Made by a program: the position numbers and the translations under genes. The notes under the pieces were generated by a model. That model was not told the DNA's origin, made no database searches, and was given only the letters and a program-made list of their open reading frames with translations. From NCBI GenBank assembly GCA_046563655.1, contig CM102287.1:9734001-9798000 (forward strand): DNA of 64,000 nt, written 5' to 3'. Within the stretch, counting starts at the first letter, position 1; each line of letters opens with the position of its first letter. The DNA is from Yuukianura sp. NJ FZ-2021. Taxonomy: Eukaryota. Positions 27,320-37,875 of the stretch are shown piece by piece.

Positions 27320-28253
27320 GACGATGACCTTGATTAATTTCAAAATGAAATTTTCAATTACCGAACACAATCAGAGCCCGAGTTAATAAGGAATTAGCAG
27401 TGTAACAGTGTAAACCAATTCAACAAATCCTATTTTCACAAATCACAAGTGAAAAACAAAGCAAAACAAGTGACCAAGTGACCAGTGACCACTTCCTGTC
27501 CCAAAATGTCCAGAAACGGCGTGAAAACGATTTGAAAACTCCCGGTTTTAAAAAAACGTGGTGCGAAAATCTCCGCTACACTCCATAAGTCGCTAGTTGC
27601 GCGCGTGTTCCAATTTTAGCATTTTTCAGTACAAGTTTTCACGGCGTATATATTTAACAAAAAAATTTCTCTTTTTCTCTCAACTCTCAATTCCCATTTT
27701 CCAAGAAAATTTCATAAGAAAGCCATGAAATGAAAACAGTACAAACCAAAATCTTGATGGAATACAAATCGAAAAAAAAAACGTTTCTGTCCCTGCGTTT
27801 CGTGTTTTGTCTTTTTCTTCCAGTGAAAACTGAAAAAGAGAAGGGAAAAGTGAAAATTTTGAAAGCTGAGAGCGAAGTGACTCTCCCTGTGCACATTCCG
27901 AGAGACACATGAAACATGTTTAAATCTTTAGGGATCTACATGGAGAAAATGGAGGCCAAATGGATCCTACGTTACAAAAAAGAATAGCCTAACAAAAAGT
28001 ATAACCTAACCTTGTACCTAATGGATATGTAAAAATCTAACAATTTTTTGTACGTTCTGGAAAAAACCCGGGAGACGGACGACAATGGCCTTTACACCAT
28101 CCTAAAAGAAATTCCAAACTATTTTTTCAGTTTAAAAAAAATTCAAAGTGAAAGTTATGGCCCGCGCGTCCTTTCTCCATGTCATTTCCTAAAAGCTTTT
28201 CATCCTCCCCTCTCTCTTCTATTCATAGCCCAACAACGACCATAACCCATGAC

Positions 28254-28340
28254 ATGTCACTTCATGGACACTTTGGCCCCACCCAATGGCCCCACCATGT
28301 CACTTCATATATACTTTGCCCCACCAGATAGCCCCACCGT
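28254..28340 (+). repeat. Short tandem duplication with GCCCCACC motifs
   Basis: atgtcacttcat...acttt(g)gccccacc twice, plus two more gccccacc; the motif recurs near 29085, 55960 and 56449-56483. Confidence 0.6.
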
Positions 28341-31300
28341 CCCACTTTTCTGAATTTTTGAGCCACCATCCACTCATACTGGAAATCTCAACATGAAAGT
28401 AAAAAAATACGAGGCTCACGCTCTAAAACCGAACTTTTCAAAAGTTACTCAAAATTTCATAATTTCAAAAAAAAAAAAATTGAGGTCAAAGGTCGCTTTT
28501 TAAAACTTATCACGTGCCTCCATTTGGCAAATTTTGCCTAATCCTTATAAGTTTTGTGCAAAATCCCGCCATTTTGGACAAAAACGAAGTTTTGTAACAA
28601 AATCTCTCCGTTTTTGGACAAAAGCGGACTTTTCCCGGAGGATTTGGGGCTAAAATGTGCTAAAACTCGGAAAAGCGGGCATTTTCGGGGAATTGCGGTT
28701 TTTTGACGGTTCAAATTCAAAATGGAAAATTAATTTGAAATGGAAATCTGGAGAAGCAGAGCGAGGTTTAAAGCGGATTAGGAGAAACATAAACAGGTCG
28801 CGTTGAGCGGAAGCGGCTGCTGCTAACGTTTGTGGCCAGCAGCTGAGGAAGCTTTTTGGAAAGTGGTTGTTTATTCCAAAATCCCAAAATTTTGAAAAGC
28901 GAGCTCGTTTTTTTGAAAGTGTCCAGAAAGTGGAAAGTGGATGTTGGATTTAATGGAATTCTGGGAATCTGGGGGAGATGGACAAGAGGCTGGAAATATT
29001 TCATGAGGAGAAAGCAAATGCGCACAAAGTCATGTCACTTTTCCTCCAGCCTGTCAAAGTTGTATCTTCTGCTGGAATGGAATGGTGGGGCTAAGAGCCA
29101 CCGTGGTGGCTCCATACGAAAAAGTATGAAACTTGGTGGCTCCAAATAAATGGTGGACTTATGCTAAATGATGCAAGAGGAGATTCTGTGTCTCTTTTGG
29201 TTAAAACTTTTGGACAAGCTCAAAAGATTTTCCAAAACTGTCATCCGCCGCCTCTAAACTTCTTTGTTGCAATAAAAACTGACAAAAAGATACACATTTT
29301 TTTTTAAAAAAAAAAGGAAAGTTGACATTCACAATTAATCTGTCCCAGGCTTCAAAATTTCAAATTTAAAAAAAAAACGAACATTAAAAGCTTTGCAAAA
29401 AGAAAGTTCGAACGAACCGTCGCAGGTGAACGTCTTTTGTAATTTCCATTTTTTGTATTTCTAATTTCTAGTATTGTGTGGGTTTAGTTAACATGTTGAA
29501 ATTTGAACCGAGGTTTTCGAAATTTTGAACAAAAACGAGAATAATAATTAATAATTTTCTTTGTAGATTTTCTCGAAATTTCGAAATTACTTTTATATGT
29601 TTAGTTTTTGAGCCAGTTCATTTTTATTTCATCAATGACACAGCTGTAATGAAGAGCTTTAGTTTTAGCAATGAAGAAAGCTTCTTATTTCGGTTCTGCA
29701 AAAAGTTGCAATTTTTTTTTCAAAATTTTGTTTCGAAAAGTTTGAGCTTTAGTAGAGTTTCTGTTTTAGAAATCAGCGCTCGTTCAAACACAAAGTAGCT
29801 TGGGCAGCATATTGATGTGAGTGTGCAAAATTGCAAAAAGTTGTCCTCTTTCACCCTACTGCCCTGCTGCTTCTTAGGTGTTAGCTTCACGCTTTAAAAA
29901 AAAACGAAAAAGTAAGTTCAAAAAAAAATTTCAAAATCAAAATTCAGACAAAGTCTCAATTTGTGTCTTTTCCTTCCGTCCGCTTGAGCTTCGACTAAAC
30001 CCAGTCAAGCGGATCATGTTTTTTCTAAAGCCCCGCTATTGGACCACCCTCTGACCTCTTTTTTTTAAAATGTCACCAAAAAAACATAAAATTTCGAAAG
30101 TTGCAAAAAAAAAATATGAAATTTTAGCACACCATCACGAAAAGTAAACTAATTTTTTGTTTTGAACAATGCAGCATATTTTGCCTAGGATTTTCCTGTT
30201 CGACGTTAAAGTTCTGCTGGATTTTAAACTTTCCTAGAATTTTCTTTATATAAAAAAATCGTTCTAAAATCACATCTAAAAAATGTGCTAAATTTTTTGT
30301 CTAAATTGACTGTTTTTTTTTGAATCTCTGAGCGCCGTTTAGAATGAATCAATTTCACTTTCTCTTTTATATTCTTCATCACTTTCACTCCAACTTTCAC
30401 TTTCCAAAAAGTTAGTCTCGCCTTCCCAATGCTCCATTTGCTCTGCCTTCACAATCTTTTCATTTCCAACAAACTTTTTTAAAAAGTGCTAAAAAAGCTG
30501 AGCAAAAGTGCTAGGCTGCTCCTGCCGCTTCACAAACTGCTCAAAAGTGCTCGTCTTCTCCTCCAATTCATTTCTGTAGGGCACTCGGAAAGTGTGGCAA
30601 CTTTTTTAACTTTTTCAAAAAAAAGTCTTCTCCTTGCCAAAATTTTTCTCCTTTTCAATTTATACGAGGCGTTTAGGAGAAGAAAAAAGTTTGAAAAAGC
30701 GAATTTCGTTTTTTGTGCTCTCGATGCTCTTCCGTCCTCTTCAATCTGTTTCCATGTTTGTCACTTGTCTTTTGGAATAAATCCATTTTAGTGACTCTCT
30801 TTCCAAATTTTTCCTACTTTTTTGAAAAGGTTGTGAAAAAAGTGAAAGTGTCATGAGAAACCTATCAGAATTTAGTGGTCCCCTTCACTTTCACTTGCAA
30901 ATATCTCACACTCAAATCTGCAAGGCAAAGAGACAATAACTTTCACTCAACCCAAGGCCAAACGCCCAAAAGGCATTTTTTATCAAAAGCGAGTCAAATT
31001 TTATGACATTTTCGGAACGACCAGAATTTGAACAAAAAAAGAAGAGAAAAAATTCAAGAAAATCAAAAGAAAATCCTGCTTGTACAATTTAAAAAATTCC
31101 AAATTTGGTTCCCACGCAACTTTAAAGCCTAAACTTTCATGTTTAAAAATCTTGTTTGTATAAATTTTCTTAACAAGAAGGCGTTTTTCTACTGAATCTA
31201 AAAAGTTTGTCTTCATTTTTTGTACCATTTTTTGAAAATCTTAGCGACTTCAATTTCGTCAAAAACGCACTTCACTTCTTCCATATTTCCACTTTTTGTA

Positions 31301-31423
31301 GTAAATTTTTCAGCTTCACTTTAGTTTTGTTTTGAACAAGGTTCGTTAATTAACTTAAAGTTAAATTAACTTTAAATCTGTAAGTTAATTGTAATTCACT
31401 TTAATTTTTTTTGCAGTTGCATC

Positions 31424-33620
31424 ATGGGTGGGGAGAAACGTCGGAAAAAGAGGCGTGGCCAGTCGACCAAGCAGCGAAAAAAGCTGGAAGAGCCAAATAT
31501 GAGTAACATTGAACAGCAAGAGGGAGAAATTGACTTTGAAAAGCTCGTCAAAACGGAATACTTGAAGCTCCAGCGCGAATACCGTCTCATGGAAGACAGT
31601 CGGCATCGATTGGCCGGAGCTGGTTAGCCTAAAAACTAACCTAATTAGCCTAACTATGCTAAAAGTTAGCCTAACTTAACATTTTTTAACAGGAAAAGCT
31701 CTGTCGAAACAAGCTCGGCTGGTGGAACTTCTTCGGAACGAATCGGAAAACCTTGAAACCGATCTGTACAATGCCGACAGCCGAACTTGGCACGCAGTAG
31801 ACCGTGAATCGGTAGTCACGATTCTAGCAATTCTGGAACTTCTGGAGCGTGCTTTAGCCGATTCAGCTTACTGCCACAAAAACATGACCGAAATGGTGTC
31901 ACATGTGGACCGGATCACGAAACACTTAGTCGATCACAAACTGAAAGTTCAAGCAATCTACGGTCGGTCCATGACGGTACCGCACGCGGAACGGAGGAAA
32001 CGGATTCTTGAAAACCGGTTGTATCTGGCCACGACACGACTCGATACGAAACTTTGGTCGAACAAAGGACTACGAGAAGAGATCAACATGATGCTCAAAC
32101 TGCGGGCGCTTTTTTATCAGCGTCATCTTGCCATGAAGCGCCAATTGGCACGAATCCGAAACAAAATGACTGAAGTTGTGTTCACAGCGACGCAGGCGTA
32201 TGAACAACGTGATGAATTGGTTGCGTCGATTCATAACATTCGGGACAAAAATGACAAGGATACACGCCAACATGTTCTGGAAATCAAGGTTTCAAAATTT
32301 CAAAATCAAAATTTTGAACTTTTTTCATAATTTTGAATTTTCAGGAATTCTATCGCATCTTGAACAATGATGCAAAAGCAAGAGAATTCAACACTTTGAA
32401 GAACAAGGAACGTCAAATGTTGGAATCCGCGAAACAGCGTGACGTCCGACGAAATTTGGCACGAAGAGACGAAATGGACAACACACTTTTAGCGTACTCC
32501 TCAAGTTTTAAACAAATTCTGGCAATTTCGAGTGAAGGTTCGCTGGAGAGCCTTACCAAGCACTATAACGAACTTCAGCAAGAAAATTTTGCTCGCTTTG
32601 TTGCAATTTCTGATGTCAATGAAGAAGTAAGGACACTTGACCTTGAAATTTGACCTTTGACCTTGACCTTTGACCTTTGGCCTCAGGTGACCTTGCTAAA
32701 AGATGAGAACCAGGAAATGGCATCGGAGATTGAGGAGATGTTCGATCGCTGGAAGGAAGGTCAAGTGGCTGAAGCTGCGTCGCTTGAGGACGCTCAGCAT
32801 GCCGTCGAAAAAAAAGGCGACGACCTTGCACAGTTGACACGCCAACTTCAAATCGGCGAACAACAAATGACCGAAATGCTGGAACTGCTGCAAGTACTTT
32901 TCGACTACATCGGCTGCTCACCGAATGCAATCATGCGCCTTTTGGGTAAAACTGCCAATTTCCTATGTTTTGACCCTTGATTGACCTTTGACCTTCGATT
33001 GACCTTTGACCTCCGATTGACCCTTCATTGACCTTTGACCTTCAATTGATCTTTGATTGACCTTTGACCTTTGATTGACTTTTGAGCTTTGATTGACCTT
33101 TGACCTTTGATTGACCTTTGACCTTCTTGACCCAGGCGCTGAGGAGAAGCTGACCCCTTCACGAGCCATGTTCACAATGCAAGCGGTGGAGTTGCGTGGT
33201 CGCGAGCTCGTTCTGAATCGTCAAGCGCTAGAATTGCAAAAAGTTGTTGAGGTAGAGGGCGTTAGTGTCGCCAGAGCCACCACGGGCAAACAGCCCACTA
33301 AAACGGCTGCCTGTGGTGGGCCCTTCGTCCCTGATATCCTGGTGGCAGGTCGCATCGAAGGGTACCACTCAAATTTCAAAAACAAAATCAAAATTTAAAA
33401 AAAATAAGATTTGTGACCTCTCTTGACCTTTGACCTTTGCAGTGAGGATGAAGACGAAGAGGAAGATCGTGGTTCTCGCGTTCTGTCGGCTCCGGAATAT
33501 CGTCTCAAAATTTCCGAAAAGATGCAGGTTCAGCGTGAACTGGCTGGACGGCCAAGTGCTCTTCCGACTGACAGAGAGTCATTCATGTCCTCAACCGGAT
33601 CAGTCTTCGTTCCAAACTAA
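31424..33620 (+). CDS. Outer dynein arm docking complex coiled-coil protein, CCDC63/CCDC114 (ODAD1/ODA-DC2) family
   Basis: KLQREYRLMEDSR, RILENRLYLATTRLD...NKGLREEINMM, ATQAYEQRDE, EFNTLKNKER, ENFARFVAISDVNEEV, LFDYIGCS; ~6 coding exons. Confidence 0.85.
32637..32680 (+). repeat. TGACCTT array filling a short intron
   Basis: ttgaccttgaaatttgacctttgaccttgacctttgacctttgg between donor ~32627 and acceptor 32687. Confidence 0.9.
32969..33132 (+). repeat. Intronic minisatellite, unit ~18 bp (ttgacctttgacctttga-like)
   Basis: Repeated TGACCTTTGA/TTGATTGACC units; accounts for the spurious (SKVNQR)n ORF on the minus strand. Confidence 0.92.
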
Positions 33621-34282
33621 ACTAAAAACTTACAAACAAGATCAATCAATTTTCAAATTTAAAATTTTTAAGACTTTTTCAAAAAGTCCCACTTAAAAAA
33701 CTTGTTCACACAAAGAAACAAAATAAAAGTTCTCAGAGTTCTAAAAACTTTTTGCTTCAAAACCTCCATACTTCAAAAAACTGAATTTTCCAAATTCAAA
33801 ATTTTGAATTTTGGTGGTAGCAGTCGTGTTGAAATTTTTTGTTAGGTTGAAGACTAGCCTAATCAATCATGTAATTACAAAGGGATAATTGGCGGGAGAA
33901 AGTTTTGATTGGATCATTTTGACACAAATTCAAAAGAATAATAGAGAAAATGTGCGTAGCCATTAAGAGAAAGTTTCAACTTTTTCCAACTTAGATTACG
34001 TTTTCTGAAAAGGTTGAGTGAGTTACTTTAGTCTTTTTTGAAAAGCTCATCATTGGTTGAATGAAAAGAAAATTTCCATGGCTCATCATTCATCAATCAA
34101 AGAAAAAGTGAAAGCCGACTTTCTCTTTTCAACGAAAACTTTCCCCAGGAAGGTTCAATTTGAGAAGCTAACCATGTCGGCAATTTTTATTTGAGAATTT
34201 TGAAAAATGATTTTACAACTTTCACAAAAACTTGAAAATTTTGAGTTTTCTGAAAAAGTTAATTTTTGAAAACATGCAGTGA

Positions 34283-36132
34283 TTAGGTCGGGTGCAGAAT
34301 GTATGCAGCGAGTACCGCTAGCGCAAAAATAATCAGCAGCAGGATGAGGAAGCACCAGCAAACGCAACACCAAGCGTTCAGAGCGTCCCGCCTGTCACGC
34401 CAAATGTCTCCGTAGTACTTCCAATACTATAAATAATAATATAATATATAAAATAATATAATATATAATGTATAATAAATAGTATATAAAACTGGCTTGC
34501 TATTTGGTGACAATGCACTCATGCATATAAACCAGTAATCCATGGGTACACCGGATACATTTGTATTTCCTTACTTCAACCAAACAGAGAAATTTTTACT
34601 TACGATCAAAACGACTGCACCAAGTAGTAGAGCCTGGAAATTTAGAAAAACCAGTTTGAATTCTTCATTTTTTGGAAATTTTGAAATTAGATTTGACCTT
34701 TGACCTTTTCGTTTGGAGTTAAGTCCTTGGGGAAGTTGATTCCGAAGGAATGCGAGAGATCAACTGCTGACTCCGGAAGATTTCCCCAGAACTTCCCGAT
34801 GTGTCCGATCCGAATCATGTCGTTTCCGTAGAGATCAAATTCCGGAGAGGTCGTTGCCCTGTCTCTCATGATTTTGAAAAGCACTTGACCCTGGTTGTTC
34901 CGAACAACGTAGTTGGACAAGGGAGGCAGCCAGGCTGCCACTTCAGAAGTAATTCCGAGCACACCAGTTGAACTCTCACGAACTGCTACATACTGAAACA
35001 ACACACAATTTCAGTCAAAGGTCAAATTTCAAGGTCAAAGGTCAAAGGTCACTTAACCATTGTACTTCCAGCGATTGACATGCACTCGGTACCGTCCGGA
35101 GCAAAAATGGCCAACTGAATTGGCGGTGTTGGTTTGCATTCACACTTGCAACATCCGCGTTTCGGTTTTTTTCGCTTCTTTTCAAGGCCGCAAAAAAGAC
35201 GATTTCCAAAACTGTCTAATAAGTTGAATGGCTGGGAAGATACGAAGGTAGCTAAAAACAAAAAATTCAAAAATATTTCAAAAATGTGTTTTTTAAGTTT
35301 TTCAAAAACCTTCAGAAAATTCGTTCGGAGCAGGTTCAATGAAAATGTGTTCCACTTTTTCCAAGATTGCAAAAGCGTTGGTCCCAGTGCTATCGTCGTT
35401 ATTTATGACTCCAGTGCCACTGAGCATCTGAATGTCCAGCACAACTTCCTCCAGCGTCATTGTGAACTGATTTGGATTTGATTGTTGAATCGCTGCAGGA
35501 TCGCTGGACAAAAGTTCTGGAAGGGCTCCAGTGGCCGGGACACTTCTTAGCCCTGGAAGCGGGTTCTGCTGACTCTGGTAGCTGTAGGGAGAAGCCGAGC
35601 GGGCATTGACCTTTGACCCTGACGCTGGAACTGTCTTGACCTGATTTAGATTTGACATTGCCGGGTCAATTTGACCTTGAGCCGTGTCACCCTGATCTGG
35701 GGCTACTTGAGAAGCAGTGATTGGTCGAGGAGAAGCGACGGAAGCTGTGATTGGCTGAGGAGAAGCGACGGAAGCTGTGATTGGCTGAGGAGAAGAGACG
35801 AGAGCAGTGATTGGTTGAGGAGAAGCGGCAGTGATTGGTGGAGAAGCAACGGGAGCAGTGATTGGTGGAGGAGAAGTAACGAGAGCGCTGATTGGTCCTT
35901 GTGTTGGAACTGGATTAGTTACGGCAGGGGGAGGTGAAGCGACAGAGATTTTGAGCCAATCGGGATCATTCGACGTTGGAACTCTGAAAACCCGGGTTTT
36001 TCCGGCAGAATTCGGATCGTCTACGACAGCAGGTCGAATGATGACCTCCGTAGTGGTGCCAGGAGAAGGTTGAATGATTGTTGTCGTCAGTTGATCTGGT
36101 TTCGTTTTCTTAGCATCCTGTTTACTACCCAT
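34283..36132 (-). CDS. Phospholipid scramblase (PLSCR/LURP)-like protein with Pro-rich N-terminus and an extra C-terminal hydrophobic helix
   Basis: Exons give LEKVEHIFIE, FNLLDSFGNRLFCGLE, RGCCKCEC, YVVRNNQGQVLFKI, IGHIGKFWG, SFGINFPKDLTPNEK|ALLLGAVVLI (PLSCR FGIQFPLDL..KA...GA.FLI signature), then YWKYYG...WCCVCWCFLILLLIIFALAVLAAYILHPT*. Confidence 0.82.
35710..35897 (-). repeat. Coding tandem repeat (~6 x 27-30 bp) encoding PITASVASPQ-like units
   Basis: Plus-strand gtgattggNNgaggagaagcgacggaagct units; translation PISALVTSPP-PITAPVASP-PITAASPQ-PITALVSSPQ-PITASVASPQ-PITASVASPR. Confidence 0.92.
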
Positions 36133-36874
36133 GTTTAGACTATGTTATTCATTTTCTAGAACTAAGTTGACCTAAGATGAAAAAAAAGTTTAACAAAGGT
36201 CAAGGTCACAGTAAAATCAAATAAACAACGTAAGGAAATTCAGGCGAAACACAAGAATTTGTTGTAACAACGGTTTCCAAATTTACATAAAACGACATAA
36301 TAAAAAGAAAGCAAAAATGAAATTTTGTGTGGTTCGATGCCGAACGGAAAAAACCTGAAATTTAACACCGACGATATTTGAGAAAAACAGGTTTGCTTGG
36401 AACATCTCACTTTCGTTTTCAAAATTTTGAAACACTTTTTTTCAAAAACGAAGAAAATGGGGGTAAGAGAGAAAGTTGGCGGAAGACGATTCAATTGGTG
36501 GAGAATAATAAAATTAAAGTGCAATTACGAGAGAGGAAGGTGACAGCACGGGAAAGTGCGGTTTTGGAGAAAGGAAGATTTGAAATGAGAACGCGCCTGG
36601 TTCATAATGACATCTTTTCAAATCTGGACCATCAAAAACAAGCGGGCTCTTTCCTCATTTGCATAATCAAATTTAATCAAAATTTTGAAATTATTTCAAC
36701 TTCCACAAACCAACCTAATTTTATTTCCAGCATTTCAAATTACCCTTTTCAACAGACTTTTCATTTCAATTTTTAAACTTTCTCTTTTTCTAATTTTTTT
36801 TCTTCTCACCTGAGCTGCAGAAACGTAATTTTTTAAATCCAAAATTTCATGAAATTTCCAATTTTTTCTTGAGT

Positions 36875-37875
36875 TTACGTTAAGCTAAAGCCACCATCGA
36901 CTGGAATTGCAACTCCAGTGATCATGCTGCTGTCGGAACTCGACAGAAAGAGAATGAGGCCACAGAGGTCACTGGGGTCAACCAGTCTTTTAATAACAGA
37001 TCGCTCTATATTGTAGTTGATGAGCTTCTGCATTCCCTCGGGGTTAGTGACTTCTTGACGTGTGACCATTCCTGTAGGCATTAGGTCAGGTCGCACGACG
37101 TTTGACCTTATGTTGAGGTCACCCAGCTCAGCAGCCAAGGAACGCGAAAGACTGGACAGAGCAGCTTTCGTACTGGAGTAGGCCGAATAATTTGGAGCAG
37201 TACATTGATCAATCTTATTTGAAAAATTCAATTTTTCGAAAAAAAATGAATCAGTTAACGGCTTTAGTTTTTCCAAAAATTTGAAATTTAAAACCTACCA
37301 CAGACGAAATATGGACGATAGTTCCTCCGCCGAGGTTTTGTGATTTGACATTTCTTGCAAAAATTTGGCTCAAATTGAACGCCGCTTTGTAATTCACTGC
37401 AACCATTCTGGGGATTCAAAATTTCAAAAAGTTAAGAAATTGTCCAGATCTGTTTTTTTTTCAATTTTAAAATGCATTTACGAATCGATGTCTTGTTCCG
37501 TGACGTCCAGAACGTGTTTGGGAATGACAATTCCAGCGTTGTTGATGAGATGATGAATTGGGAAGACTTGTGTGATGACCTCTTGAGTGACCTTCCAATT
37601 GCTCAGGTCAAGGGTCAATGTGACCAGTGTTTCTTCTGGAAACTCTTGTTTCAGGATTTCTAGTCCCTTTGAATCCACATCAACAGCTATAACTGTTGCT
37701 CCACTTTTCAAAAAACTTTTTACAATTGTTTTCCCCACACCTTCAAAAAACCGAAATTTTGAGATTTAAAGAAACTTGATGTAAAATTAAAAACCCATCT
37801 TTTTAAAATTTTACTGTTACCATTTGCACCGCCCGTGACTAAAACACGTCTTCCAGAAAACGAGTAAGTTGCCAT
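36875..37875 (-). CDS. Classical short-chain dehydrogenase/reductase (DCXR/L-xylulose reductase-like), 4 exons
   Basis: MATYSFSGRRVLVTGGANG|VG, LINNAG, GTIVHISS, YSSTK catalytic motif, ELGDLNIRSNVVRP, MITGVAIPVDGG. Confidence 0.9.

Noticed and set aside
27400..31400. Many short Phe/Lys/Leu-rich ORFs here and at 38-41 kb, 43-45 kb and 57.5-62.5 kb
   Set aside because: Composition reflects A/T-run-rich non-coding DNA; no domains or coherent exon structure.
32963..33175. Minus-strand ORF with (SKVNQR)n repeats
   Set aside because: Translation of the intronic TGACCT minisatellite, antisense to the ODA-DC gene.
35710..35897. CRISPR-like array
   Set aside because: Head-to-tail coding repeats without unique spacers in a eukaryotic exon; no cas genes.
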